Assembly (NCBI GenBank): GCA_037189525.1
Contig: JBBCJC010000002.1
Location: forward strand, 160,001 to 224,000
Source: Gemmatimonadales bacterium
Lineage (GTDB): Bacteria > Gemmatimonadota > Gemmatimonadetes > Gemmatimonadales > GWC2-71-9
DNA: 64,000 nucleotides
Direction: 5' to 3'
In this document: positions 16,945 to 27,465 of the stretch, one piece after another
Numbering within the stretch: position 1 is the first letter of the stretch
How the letters are laid out: every line of letters begins with the position of its first letter
Made by a program: the position numbers and the translations under genes
The notes under the pieces: model-generated
The model's input: only the letters and a program-made list of their open reading frames with translations
What the model was told of the DNA's origin: nothing
Databases searched by the model: none

Positions 16945-19668
16945 GTGCGCCGTCGCTTCGCGTTTTCGATCGTCCTTCTCGTCCTCATCCTCGCCATTTC
17001 GATTCCGGGGCTGAGCAGCGTCCTCATCGACTGGTGGTGGTTCCGCGAAATCGGTTTCGCGATTGTCTTTACCCGCCAGCTGGCGACCAAGATCGCCCTG
17101 TTCTTTGGCGTGGGCGTCGCCACGTTCGGCCTGGTCTATCTCAACCTCCGGATGGCCCAGCGCGGCATCGTGCCGGACCCGATCGTCTTCCAGTTTCAGC
17201 CGGCCAGCCAGCGGGTCGACCTCACCGGCATGCTGCGCCGGATGAGCTTCCCGGTGGCGCTCGCGCTGGGCCTCTTGACCGGCCTCGGCGCGACGCCGGC
17301 GTGGAGCCTGATCCTGCAGGCCATCCACGGTACCCCGTTCGGCATCACCGACCCGGTCTTCGGTCGGGACATCGGGTTCTACGTCTTCTCGCTGCCGGCG
17401 TGGTCGGTCGCGCTCGGGCTCCTGACCAGCATACTGACCCTGACCCTGCTGCTGATCACGCCGATCTACTGGCTCCGCGGCGACATCATCCTGCGTCCTC
17501 GTCAGCTGCGGATCGAGCCGTCGGCCGGCCTGCATCTGGGCATGCTGATCGCCGCCAACCTGCTGCTCGCGGCGGCGCGACACTGGATCATCGACGCCTC
17601 CGGCCTGCTCTATTCCACTACCGGACCGCTGGTCGGCGCCAGCTACACCGATCTCAATGCCACTCTGCCCGCCATTCGGGTGAGTTCGGTCGTAGCCCTG
17701 ATCGCCGCGGCGGGTGTCCTCTTCGGCGCGGCGCGCGGCAAGCTGGCGTGGTATGGTCTCTGGTCCGTCGGCAGCTACCTGATCGTGTCGTTCGTGGGCA
17801 AGAGCCTGGCGCCCTGGGCCATGCAGAAGTTCATCGTGGCGCCCACCGAATTGACCAAGGAAGCGCCGCAACTCGTCTCGCACATCGCAGCCACGCGGCA
17901 CGCATGGGGTCTCGACAGCGTCGAGATCCGCGACCTGGACGGCGAATCCGAACTGACCCAGGAAACCATCCGGGCCAACGCGGCAACCATCGAGAACGTC
18001 CGGCTCTGGGACGGTGAGCCCTTGCTCCGCACGCTGGGGCAGCTCCAGGAAATCCGCACCTACTACGACTTCGTTTCGGTCGACGACGATCGCTACTGGA
18101 TCGACGGCAAGTATCGCCAGGTCCTGCTGGCGCCGCGCGAACTCAATCCCGGCGCGCTGCCGACTCGGACCTTCATCAACGAGCACCTGACCTTCACCCA
18201 CGGCATGGGGCTCACCATGAGCCCGGTCAACCAGGTCACCACCCAGGGCCTGCCGGTGCTGTTCATTCAGGATCTGCCGCCCCGGTCGACGGTGTCGCTC
18301 GAGATTGCCCGGCCGCAGATCTACTACGGCGAGATGGCGGATCGCTACGTCTTCGTCAACACCCTGCAGCGGGAGTTCGATCATCCGGCCGGCGAGACCA
18401 ACATATACCGTTCCTACACGGGTACCGGCGGGATTCCGATCGGCAGCTCGCTTCGACGGCTGCTCTTCTCGATCCATTACGGCTCGACCAAGATCCTCCT
18501 TTCCGGCGACATCAGTAACGAGAGCAAGATCCTCTATCGTCGCAACATCGTCGAACGGGGACGCGAAGCACTTCCCTTCCTGAGTTTCGATCGCGATCCC
18601 TATCTGGTGATCGGCACCGATGGCACGCTCAAGTGGGTCCTCGATGCGTACACCACCTCGGATCGGTATCCGTACGCGGCGCGCTTCGGACAAACCAGCA
18701 CCAACTACATGCGCAACAGCGTCAAGGTGGTGATCGACGCCTATGACGGTTCGGTCGGCGCTTACGTCAGCGACCCGAACGATCCGATCATCACCACCTG
18801 GGGCGCCATCCTGCCGGGCATTTTCCGTCCGCTCGACCAGCTGCCGGCCGGACTGGAAGCCCATTTGCGCTACCCGGACGATCTCTACCGGGCCCAGACC
18901 GCGCTGTACACGACGTATCACATGACCGAGCCGGAGGAGTTCTACCACCGCGAAGACCAGTGGCAGATTCCCGTCGTCGCCAAGAGCGACGGATCGGTGC
19001 CGTTCATGCGCCGGATCGTGATGCGCCTGCCCGAGGAAACCGCGGCGGAGTTCATCTACATGGTGCCGTTCACCCCTCGCGGCAAGGACAACCTGGCCGC
19101 CTGGATGGTGGCGCGCAGCGACGGCGAGGACTACGGCAAGCTGCGCGTCTATCGGCTGCCCCGCCAAAGCCTGGTCTTCGGTCCGCAGCAGATCGAGAAC
19201 CGGATCAATCAGGATACCGAGATTGCCCGGCAGGTGTCGCTTTGGGATCAGCGGGGCACCCGCGTCATTCGCGGCGACCTGCTGGTCATCCCGATCGAGG
19301 AAGCGTTGCTCTACGTCCAGCCGCTGTATCTCCAAGCGGAGGGCGGCCGGATTCCGGAACTCAAGCGAGTGGTCGTGGCGTATCGCAATCAGGTCGTGAT
19401 GGAGGAGACGCTCGAAGCCGGCCTGGCCGTGCTGTTCGGCGGCGGCACCGGTCCGGCTCGACCCACGACGGCAACGGCCGACCAGCCGGCCGCATCCACC
19501 GGCACCCCCTCGAGCGCGGTCCAGCAGCTCTCGGCCGAGGCGCGCCGGCGCTACCAGGCGGCACTCGATGCCCAGCGAGCGGGCGACTGGAGCCGCTATG
19601 GCGAGGAAATCCGGCGTCTCGGTGAACTGCTCGAGCAGCTCGCCGCGGCATCCGCTCCTCGGGAGTAA
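16945..19668 (+). CDS. UPF0182 family membrane protein
   Basis: DWWWF.EIG, DPVFGRDIGFYVF.LP, NVRLWD, QLQEIRTYYDF and NYMRNSVK. GTG start inferred. Confidence 0.93.
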   Translation: MRRRFAFSIVLLVLILAISIPGLSSVLIDWWWFREIGFAIVFTRQLATKIALFFGVGVATFGLVYLNLRMAQRGIVPDPIVFQFQPASQRVDLTGMLRRMSFPVALALGLLTGLGATPAWSLILQAIHGTPFGITDPVFGRDIGFYVFSLPAWSVALGLLTSILTLTLLLITPIYWLRGDIILRPRQLRIEPSAGLHLGMLIAANLLLAAARHWIIDASGLLYSTTGPLVGASYTDLNATLPAIRVSSVVALIAAAGVLFGAARGKLAWYGLWSVGSYLIVSFVGKSLAPWAMQKFIVAPTELTKEAPQLVSHIAATRHAWGLDSVEIRDLDGESELTQETIRANAATIENVRLWDGEPLLRTLGQLQEIRTYYDFVSVDDDRYWIDGKYRQVLLAPRELNPGALPTRTFINEHLTFTHGMGLTMSPVNQVTTQGLPVLFIQDLPPRSTVSLEIARPQIYYGEMADRYVFVNTLQREFDHPAGETNIYRSYTGTGGIPIGSSLRRLLFSIHYGSTKILLSGDISNESKILYRRNIVERGREALPFLSFDRDPYLVIGTDGTLKWVLDAYTTSDRYPYAARFGQTSTNYMRNSVKVVIDAYDGSVGAYVSDPNDPIITTWGAILPGIFRPLDQLPAGLEAHLRYPDDLYRAQTALYTTYHMTEPEEFYHREDQWQIPVVAKSDGSVPFMRRIVMRLPEETAAEFIYMVPFTPRGKDNLAAWMVARSDGEDYGKLRVYRLPRQSLVFGPQQIENRINQDTEIARQVSLWDQRGTRVIRGDLLVIPIEEALLYVQPLYLQAEGGRIPELKRVVVAYRNQVVMEETLEAGLAVLFGGGTGPARPTTATADQPAASTGTPSSAVQQLSAEARRRYQAALDAQRAGDWSRYGEEIRRLGELLEQLAAASAPRE

Positions 19669-19773
19669 GACGCGCGCCCCTCGGACTGGCGCTGGATGCA
19701 ATCCAGGATACAATCATGGCGGCGCACGGAGGATCTCTCCCTGCGCCGTCGTCCGTTTCCCGGAGAAACTCTG

Positions 19774-20736
19774 ATGCGGTTCGTCACGCTCGGTGGCCTC
19801 ATCGCCGCCACCCTGATGGCTCGCCCGGCCCAGGCCCAGGGGGTCGAGGCCGAGATCGAGGCCATGCTGAACGGGCTCAAGGCCAAATCCTCGCTCTACG
19901 CCAAGCACATTCCCTCGGGTCGGACCATCGCGATCCGCGCCGATGTCCCGATGAACACCCTGAGCGTGATCAAGATCCCGGTCATGATCCAGGTCTTTCG
20001 TGACGTCGAGGCCGGCCGGCTCAAGCTGACCGACCGATACACCATCCGCCCCGAAGACCTGCGGCGCGGCAGCGGGCTGATCCAGCGCTTCGACGTCGGC
20101 CTGTCGCCGACGATTCGCGACCTGATCGATCAGATGATCATCACGAGCGACAACACCGCCACCGACATCCTGATTGCCAAGGTCGGGCGCGACCGGGTCA
20201 ACCAGATGCTGGCGTCGTTCGGCTTTACCCAGACCCGGCTCGAGCGTACCACCGGCGATCTCTTCCGCGAGGTCTGGATCCGTTCCGACCCCAAGTTCGC
20301 GACCCTCACCGATCGCGAAGTGTACCAGCGCGGCTTTCCGAACGACGCGCAGTCGTCGGCCCGGTCGTTTGCCCTCGAAGGCGATTCGACCCGCTGGCTG
20401 GGCAGGACGACGGCCCGCGAGATGTCCGTCCTGCTCGAAGGGATTCGCGACGGGAAGTACGCTTCGGCCGAGCACAGCCGGATGATGATGTCGATGTTGT
20501 ACGGGCAGTTCTACGCCTCGCGGCTGCCCCAGCGGCTGATGTGGAAGCCGGGTATTGCCGTGGCCCACAAAACGGGTGACTGGCCGCCCATTGCCGGCAA
20601 CGATGTCGGCATCATTACCTATCCCGGCGGTCCGCTGGTAATTTCGATCTTCACCAATCAGAACACCGGGGACTTTTTCGAGCTCGAGGCCGTCGAAGGT
20701 CGCATTGCCGAGCGGCTCGTCAATACCTGGAAGTAA
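19774..20736 (+). CDS. Serine hydrolase, class A beta-lactamase-like fold
   Basis: SVIK (SxxK), SDN and HKTG motifs; signal peptide. Confidence 0.88.
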   Translation: MRFVTLGGLIAATLMARPAQAQGVEAEIEAMLNGLKAKSSLYAKHIPSGRTIAIRADVPMNTLSVIKIPVMIQVFRDVEAGRLKLTDRYTIRPEDLRRGSGLIQRFDVGLSPTIRDLIDQMIITSDNTATDILIAKVGRDRVNQMLASFGFTQTRLERTTGDLFREVWIRSDPKFATLTDREVYQRGFPNDAQSSARSFALEGDSTRWLGRTTAREMSVLLEGIRDGKYASAEHSRMMMSMLYGQFYASRLPQRLMWKPGIAVAHKTGDWPPIAGNDVGIITYPGGPLVISIFTNQNTGDFFELEAVEGRIAERLVNTWK

Positions 20737-20837
20737 CATCACCACGGGCGCGCATCGCCCAATCGATGACCCCGCACCACGACCGATGCGGGAGCCGCTT
20801 CTCAGGCTCCCGCACGTTTCACCCCCTCGGAGTCAGC

Positions 20838-23800
20838 ATGCGCTTCAGATCAGTTCTCGGCCTTACCCTGCTGGTTGGCATGACCTCGTCCGCGGCCGGA
20901 CAGGACGCCTCGTCGCAACCGGCGTGGGACGTGACCCAGCCCCGCGGCACTACCCGTGAGATCAGCTTCACGACTACGGAAGGCACCTGGATGTCGGTCG
21001 ATCAGAGCCCCGACGGGCGCTGGCTGACCTTCGACCTCCTGGGCCACATCTACCGGATCGACGCGGCGGGCGGTACGGCCACCGCGCTGACCCAGTCGAG
21101 CGGGATTGCCATCAATTCCCATCCCAGGATTTCGCCGGACGGCAAGTCGATCGCGTTCATCTCGGACCGGAAGGGACAGATGAACCTCTGGGTCATGGAT
21201 GCGGATGGGTCCAATCCGCGCGCCGTCTTCACCGAGAACTACGTCCGCGCCTCGATGCCGGCCTGGACGCCGGACGGCAATTACATCGTGGTGGTTCGCC
21301 AGCAGCTGCCCAGCGGGATGGGTGGCGGCGGGGGCGGCAGCGGGATCTGGATGTATCACAAGGACGGCGGTAGCGGGGTCGAACTCGTGCCCGGCAACCG
21401 TCAGCCGGGCGCCAGCTGGCCCAGCATCTCGCGAGACGGCCGGTATCTCTACTTCCAGGTCCGGGCGGGCTCGGGGCAACCCGGCTACGGCGGACGCACC
21501 GAGTTCCTCACCGGCTCCGCCCAGGTTCGGCGGATCGACCTCCAGACCTCTGAGATCGTCGCGATCTCGTTTGGTGAGCAGAGCCAGCAGGTACAGACCT
21601 CGAGCGGCGGTATGGCGGCGCCGGAAATCTCACCGGACGGCCGCTGGCTCGCCTTCGTGCGGCGGATTCCCGACGGGACGATTTCCTGGCGCGGCCACAC
21701 CTTCGGCCCGCGCTCGGCGCTCTGGCTCCGCGACTTACAGACCGGCAGCGAACGCCTGCTGATGGACCCGGTGGAACAGGACATGGTCGAAGCAGGCAAA
21801 GTCCTGCGACCCTTCCCCGGCTACTCCTGGAGCGCCGACGGCCGGTCGATCGTGATCACCCAGGGTGGCCTGCTCCACCGCGTCGACGTCCCCACCGGAC
21901 GGGTCACGCCGATTCCATTCAGCGCCCCGGTCAAGCGGACCATTTCGGAACTGGTGAATCACCAGGATCGGATCACGGATGAGCCGTTCGAGAGTCGCTT
22001 CATCCGCTGGCAGACCGCGTCACCCGATGGCAAGCGGCTCGCCTTCCAGTCGGTGGGCAGGATCTGGATCCAGGATCTGCCGAACGGCACGCCCCGCCGC
22101 CTGACGCCGGCCTCGTTCGAACCGTTCGAGTATGCCCCGTCGTGGTCGCCGGACGGGCAGTGGATTGCTTTCACCAGCTGGGCAGACTCGGTGGCGGGCC
22201 ATGTCTTCCGGATTCGCGTCGCGGGCGGCGCGCCGGAGCAGCTGACCCGGGACGCCGGCGAGTATACCCACCCCGTCTGGCGGCCCGACGGCGGTGAGCT
22301 GGTGGTGTCGCGCGGCGCCGGGGAAAGCCGGCACGGCCGCGGTATCGTCTGGAACCCGTACTGGGATCTGGTTCGCCTTCCCGCTACGGGGGGCGCCACC
22401 ACACCGATCGTCCGGGTCACCGTCTCACCAGACGGCACCGCGGGCGCGGTCTTCAACAGCATCCGGAATCAGATCGTGCGGGCCAGCTGGGGTCCGGACG
22501 GCCGGATCTTCTATCCGCACCTGACGATCGGCGCCACCGGTCTCGAAACTACGTTCTACTCGATTCGCCCCGACGGGTCGGATCGGCGTGCGCACTTGAC
22601 GTTCCCGTTTGCGGACGAGGTCGTCACCTCGCCCGACGGCAAGTGGGTCGCGTTCCAGGAGTCCGACAACGTCTGGGTCGCGCCGTTTCCCTACGCCGGC
22701 CACGGCTCGGCGCCGGTCCAGGTCACCAAGCTGCGTGGCAAGCTGCCGACCACGCGGGTGACCACGACGGGCGGGCTCTTTCCCCGCTGGCGCGACAATG
22801 AAACGGTGGAGCTGGGAAGCGGCAACCGCTATTTCCGCTACTCGGTGGCGACCAAGAAAACCGACACCGTCACGGTCCGTCTCCGGGTTCCGCGCGACAT
22901 CCCGAACGGCAGTGTCGTCTTCACCAATGCCAGGATCGTCACGCTCAACAAGCGGCAGGTAATCGAAGGTTCGCTGGTAGTGACCGGCAGCCGGATTGCC
23001 TGTGTCGGCAGCTGCACCGCGCCCGCGGGCGCTCGCATCTTCGACGCGGCGGGTAAGACCATCGTGCCCGGCTTCATCGATGTCCATTCGCACAACTATC
23101 GCGAGCATCGGGGCATCATTCCGCAGCGGAACACCGAGGGCGCCATTTTCCTGGCCTACGGTGTGACGACGACGATGGATCCGTCGATGTGGTCGCACAA
23201 CATCTTCCCGACGGCCGAGATGGTCGATGCCGGGCTGGTGGTCGGCTCCCGGGTCTACTCTACCGGCGATCCGCTCTACGCCGGCGACGGGTCCCGCCAG
23301 GAGAATTTCACATCCTACGCAGCAGCCGAAGCCGGGATTGCCAAGCTGAAGGACTGGGGCGCGGTGTCGCTCAAGCAGTATCTCCAGCCCCGTCGCGACC
23401 AGCGGCAGTGGGTGTCCGAAGCCGCCCGGAAGCTGGGCATCCAGCTGACCGCCGAGAATGGCGATCTCGAATTCAATCTCGGCCTGCTGATGGACGGGCA
23501 CACCGGCTTCGAGCACCCGCTCAGCTATCTCCCGCTCTACCGCGACTTCACCCAGTTCATGGGGCGGACCCAGGGCACCTATTCGCCCACCTTCATGGTC
23601 GGCGGCGCCGGCCCGTGGAACGAAGATTACTGGTTCCAGGAATCCGACACCTGGAAAGATCCCAAGACCCGCCGGTTCATGTCATGGCTGCAGTTCATTC
23701 CGCAGACCCGCCGCCGGGTGCTGGTGCCGGAAACGGATTACAGTTTCCCCTGGATTGCCCAGGGCCTGGCCGACATCATCGAGGCCGGCGGTTTCGGCGC

Positions 23801-24161
23801 GATCGGTGCGCACGGCCAGCACAACGGTCTGGGATCACATTGGGAGGTCTGGATGGCCGCATCGGCGCTGGGTCCGATGGGCGCGCTCGAAATCGCGAGC
23901 CTGCATGGGGCGCGATTCATTGGGAAGGAGCGGGATCTGGGGTCGATCGAGGTGGGCAAGCTGGCCGACTTCATGATCCTCAACTCGGATCCGCTCGCCA
24001 ACATCCGGAATACGACCGATATCCAGTACGTCGTGAAGGGCGGCGTGGTCTATGACGACGAGACCCTCGACGAAGTCTGGCCGCGGCAGCGCCGCTATGG
24101 CACCGGGCAGTGGGTCATTCCGGAGGCCCTCAAGCAGGACGACAAGCCGATTCGTCCCTGA
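20838..24161 (+). CDS. Exported PD40/TolB-repeat amidohydrolase
   Basis: Multiple SPDG/WSPDG repeats, then PGFIDVHSH, YGVTT and GSIEVGKLADF. Confidence 0.92.
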   Translation: MRFRSVLGLTLLVGMTSSAAGQDASSQPAWDVTQPRGTTREISFTTTEGTWMSVDQSPDGRWLTFDLLGHIYRIDAAGGTATALTQSSGIAINSHPRISPDGKSIAFISDRKGQMNLWVMDADGSNPRAVFTENYVRASMPAWTPDGNYIVVVRQQLPSGMGGGGGGSGIWMYHKDGGSGVELVPGNRQPGASWPSISRDGRYLYFQVRAGSGQPGYGGRTEFLTGSAQVRRIDLQTSEIVAISFGEQSQQVQTSSGGMAAPEISPDGRWLAFVRRIPDGTISWRGHTFGPRSALWLRDLQTGSERLLMDPVEQDMVEAGKVLRPFPGYSWSADGRSIVITQGGLLHRVDVPTGRVTPIPFSAPVKRTISELVNHQDRITDEPFESRFIRWQTASPDGKRLAFQSVGRIWIQDLPNGTPRRLTPASFEPFEYAPSWSPDGQWIAFTSWADSVAGHVFRIRVAGGAPEQLTRDAGEYTHPVWRPDGGELVVSRGAGESRHGRGIVWNPYWDLVRLPATGGATTPIVRVTVSPDGTAGAVFNSIRNQIVRASWGPDGRIFYPHLTIGATGLETTFYSIRPDGSDRRAHLTFPFADEVVTSPDGKWVAFQESDNVWVAPFPYAGHGSAPVQVTKLRGKLPTTRVTTTGGLFPRWRDNETVELGSGNRYFRYSVATKKTDTVTVRLRVPRDIPNGSVVFTNARIVTLNKRQVIEGSLVVTGSRIACVGSCTAPAGARIFDAAGKTIVPGFIDVHSHNYREHRGIIPQRNTEGAIFLAYGVTTTMDPSMWSHNIFPTAEMVDAGLVVGSRVYSTGDPLYAGDGSRQENFTSYAAAEAGIAKLKDWGAVSLKQYLQPRRDQRQWVSEAARKLGIQLTAENGDLEFNLGLLMDGHTGFEHPLSYLPLYRDFTQFMGRTQGTYSPTFMVGGAGPWNEDYWFQESDTWKDPKTRRFMSWLQFIPQTRRRVLVPETDYSFPWIAQGLADIIEAGGFGAIGAHGQHNGLGSHWEVWMAASALGPMGALEIASLHGARFIGKERDLGSIEVGKLADFMILNSDPLANIRNTTDIQYVVKGGVVYDDETLDEVWPRQRRYGTGQWVIPEALKQDDKPIRP

Positions 24162-24194
24162 GAATCGGCTGGTCGCTCGCTTCGCATCCGGTCG

Positions 24195-24764
24195 TCAGCG
24201 CAGGCGGCCGGATGCCATTCCCGACGGTTCGTGGTCATCCGCAGCCGGCGGGCGGTAGGTCGGATCGGGAGCTGCACCCAGCGGCTCCCGCGCCATGCCC
24301 CGCCGGAGCGCCGGATGCTTCCGGACCAGATACCACGCCATCACCGCGGCCGCCAGCGTGTTGGCCGCCAAGACCGACCACATCGGGAAAAGCCCTTCCG
24401 TGCCCCGGAAGAACATGTTGAGGAGTCCGTAGAAGAACACTTCGAACGCGATGAACCCCATCAACAGCACGAACCGGAAGATGCCATGCCGATCCGCCAG
24501 AAACACGAGCTGCGTGGCAACCGCGCCGATGACCAGGAAGGCCGCCACATGGAGCGCGGAATACGCCGCCACCGCCGACCACTGAACCGTTTCCGTCACA
24601 GGCGTGGTCTGACCGAAGAGAATTACCTGACCCAGGATGCTCGGCGTCACGAAGGGCCGGCCCGCCAGCGTGTCGACCACCAGGAACCAGAGCGCGACGG
24701 CGCCGGCGCCAAGCAATCCGGTCACCAGGCTCTCACCGCCAATCGAGTGATGGTGTTTCATCAT
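24195..24764 (-). CDS. Hypothetical integral membrane protein
   Basis: About four hydrophobic helices; SD-like AAAGGCGG upstream. Confidence 0.75.
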   Translation of the reverse strand: MMKHHHSIGGESLVTGLLGAGAVALWFLVVDTLAGRPFVTPSILGQVILFGQTTPVTETVQWSAVAAYSALHVAAFLVIGAVATQLVFLADRHGIFRFVLLMGFIAFEVFFYGLLNMFFRGTEGLFPMWSVLAANTLAAAVMAWYLVRKHPALRRGMAREPLGAAPDPTYRPPAADDHEPSGMASGRLR

Positions 24765-24990
24765 CGGAATTCCGCCTTTCTTCCGTAACAGATCCTCTCG
24801 GAAACTCGGGGAGGCCGCCCGGCATGGATGCTGGCCCGTTTCAATGCTAGCATTGATTCGGACTCGACATAACCCGGCCACGTCAGTGGCGTATTTTCAA
24901 TCACTTCGCCTGATCTCAGTGCCTGACCCGTTCCTCCATCTAGGGGTGACGGGGCGGCCTGATCCGATCGCACACCCATGGAGGCCCGGT

Positions 24991-27141
24991 ATGCGCCGTT
25001 CCCGTCTCATCGCTTTCGCGCTGGCAGCCTGGTGCGGAGCCGATGCTGCCGCTCTCAACGCCCAGGCTTCGGCACCCAAGCCGGAGATCATTCGGACCGC
25101 GTACGGCGTGCCGCACATCTATGCGGACAATCTCTGGGCCGCCGGCTACGGACTCGGCTGGGTCCAGGCGGAAGACTATGGCACCCGCGTCGTGCATGGC
25201 CTGGTCAGCGGTCGCGGCCAGATGGGCCGAACCTTCGGTCGCGACAGCCTCGACGGCGACTTCGGACGGCGACCGATCCACGCCGAGGCTATCCGCCGCT
25301 GGCCGACCCTGGAACGGGCAACGCAGGACGTCTATGACGGCTTTGCCGTGGCGATCAACGATTTCATCCGCGCCAACCGGGGCCGCTTCAACCCCGCGAT
25401 CGAGCCCGATTTTACCGGGTGGGACGTGCTGGCCCGGGAGATGGGCGGCGGCGGCAACCCCATGACTGCCCGGCGGCTGGTGCAGCGAGCGCTCGGCCGA
25501 TCGGGATCTAGCGGCGGGTCCGGGTCCGGCGGTCCCTCCGGCGAGGCCCTCAGTGGCTTCCCAACAGGCTGGGAAGGGCCGGTCGACGGCTCCAACGCCT
25601 GGGCCGTGGCGCCGAGCCGGACGGCGTCGGGCCGGGCGATCCTGCTCCGCAATCCGCACCTGGCGTGGACCGCCGGGTACTACGAGGCGCACGTCGTGGT
25701 GCCGGGCCGCTTCGACTTCTACGGCGACTTCCGGATCGGGAGTCCGTTCGGCGTGGTCGGCGGCTTCAATCGGGATCTCGGCTGGGCCACGACCAACAAC
25801 AACGTGGATACGGACGAGCTCTACGCGGTGCCGCTTGCGCCGGGACTGGTCGACCACATCCTGATCGATGACCGCCCGGTGCCGCTCGAACCGGTCGACG
25901 TGACGGTCGAGTACCGGAACGGGCCCGGATTCTCGTCGGAAACCCGTCGGAGCTGGACCTCGCCGTTCGGGCCGGTGGTGGAGCGCGCCGGTGGTCAGGC
26001 GTTCATCCTCAAAGCGGCGGGCGCCGGAGAACACCGCGGCGGCGAGCAGTTCCTCAGGATGATGCACGCCAAGACGCTCGCCGAGTGGGAGGCCGCGGTG
26101 GCGATGCGGGCGCGGGCGAGCTCCAACTTCACCTATGCGGACCGAGCGGGGAACATCTTCTACGTCTGGAACGGATCGCTGCCTGCGCTGCCGCATCCCT
26201 CCGGCGGCGATTCCACGGTCGTCGCGGTCACGTCGAGCCGGCAGATCTGGTCGCAGCTGGTGCCGTACGATTCGCTGCCCAAGGTCAAGAACCCGCCGGG
26301 CGGCTACGTCCATCAGGAGAACTCGTCGCCGCACTTCACCAACCTGCTGGCGCCGCTCGACCCGGCAAACTACCCGCCGAACATCGAGGCGCCCAGCCTG
26401 AGCCTCAGGAGCCAGCTCGGCGCGGACCTGATCGGCACGCAGGGCCGCAAGCTGACGCTGGAGAATGTGCTCCAGCTCAAGAACAGCACCCGGATGCTGC
26501 TCGCCGAGCGGATCAAACCCGACCTGCTCCGCGCGGCGGCAGCTGCGTCGAACGGCAAAATTCGTGAAGCGACCGCCCTGCTCGAACAGTGGGACAACAC
26601 CACCGACCCCGACAAGCGCGGGGGCGTCCTCTTCGAGATGTGGTGGCGGCTCTACTCCCGCTCCACGCGGCAGCCGTTTGCTACGCAGTGGGCCATCACC
26701 GAACCGACCACGACGCCACGCGGGCTGGCCAATCCGACCGCGGCGGTCGAAGCGCTGGCGCAGGCGGTCGACTCGGTCACGACCCGGTGGGGCCGCATCG
26801 ACGTGCCCTGGGGTGAGGTCCATCGCGTCCGCATTGCCAACCACGATGTGCCGGTCGGCGGCTGTCTCGGTGTGATGGGATGTTTCCGGACCCTGGCCTT
26901 CCAGGACGACCCCGACGGCAAACGGCGGGTGTCCGGCGGCGACGGCTGGATCCTCGCGGTGGAGTTCGGCGCCACGCCCCGCGCGTACTCGGTGCTCGCG
27001 TACGGGCAGAGCAACGATCCGTCGTCACCCTACTACGGCGACCAGGCGCCGATGTTTGCGCGCGGCGAGTTCAAGCCGATTGCGTACACGCGGGCCGACG
27101 TCGAGAAGCAGGCCATCCGGCGCTACCGGCCAGGCCAGTAA
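24991..27141 (+). CDS. Penicillin acylase family Ntn-hydrolase (S45)
   Basis: YGVPHIYA, Gly/Ser-rich spacer, autoprocessing site G|SNAWAV and LLRNPHL. Confidence 0.93.
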   Translation: MRRSRLIAFALAAWCGADAAALNAQASAPKPEIIRTAYGVPHIYADNLWAAGYGLGWVQAEDYGTRVVHGLVSGRGQMGRTFGRDSLDGDFGRRPIHAEAIRRWPTLERATQDVYDGFAVAINDFIRANRGRFNPAIEPDFTGWDVLAREMGGGGNPMTARRLVQRALGRSGSSGGSGSGGPSGEALSGFPTGWEGPVDGSNAWAVAPSRTASGRAILLRNPHLAWTAGYYEAHVVVPGRFDFYGDFRIGSPFGVVGGFNRDLGWATTNNNVDTDELYAVPLAPGLVDHILIDDRPVPLEPVDVTVEYRNGPGFSSETRRSWTSPFGPVVERAGGQAFILKAAGAGEHRGGEQFLRMMHAKTLAEWEAAVAMRARASSNFTYADRAGNIFYVWNGSLPALPHPSGGDSTVVAVTSSRQIWSQLVPYDSLPKVKNPPGGYVHQENSSPHFTNLLAPLDPANYPPNIEAPSLSLRSQLGADLIGTQGRKLTLENVLQLKNSTRMLLAERIKPDLLRAAAAASNGKIREATALLEQWDNTTDPDKRGGVLFEMWWRLYSRSTRQPFATQWAITEPTTTPRGLANPTAAVEALAQAVDSVTTRWGRIDVPWGEVHRVRIANHDVPVGGCLGVMGCFRTLAFQDDPDGKRRVSGGDGWILAVEFGATPRAYSVLAYGQSNDPSSPYYGDQAPMFARGEFKPIAYTRADVEKQAIRRYRPGQ

Positions 27142-27163
27142 CTCCGGACCGATCGAGCAAGCG

Positions 27164-27454
27164 ATGTCACGAGCATTCGTCAAAGAAGACAGCGATGGGG
27201 CCGCGCCGCGATACTCGCTGCCGGCCCCCGACGATCCGGCCTACCCGATGGCCGCCGCGCGGGCCTTGCTGACCGGCGCCAACGCTGGCGATACGGGGAG
27301 CGCCGAAGCCGCCACCGGGTACCTCTGGGGCGACCCGCGCCTGGTCGACGAGTTCCGCCAGCTGCGCCTGGAAGCCATCGAGCGCCGCGACGACCGCGCG
27401 GAAACGCTGGCCGAGCGGTACCTGCGCAATGCTGGAGTCGTTATCGAGGACTGA
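27164..27454 (+). CDS. Small hypothetical protein with a GreA/GreB-homologue-like N-terminus (MSRAFVKE)
   Basis: The N-terminal MSRAFVKED motif is present. The Gre coiled-coil and C-terminal domains are not recognisable. Confidence 0.7.
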   Translation: MSRAFVKEDSDGAAPRYSLPAPDDPAYPMAAARALLTGANAGDTGSAEAATGYLWGDPRLVDEFRQLRLEAIERRDDRAETLAERYLRNAGVVIED

Positions 27455-27465
27455 ATCTTTGTTCT

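Noticed and set aside
16915..19713. Long antisense or alternative-frame ORFs (e.g. 16915-19713, 14504-16708, 24940-26844, 44976-47570, 55946-57907)
   Set aside because: They are shadows of real genes in high-GC DNA, with no recognisable motifs.
19774..20736. Antibiotic-resistance beta-lactamase
   Set aside because: It has the fold motifs, but I cannot confirm the class A omega-loop ExxLN, so resistance cannot be inferred.
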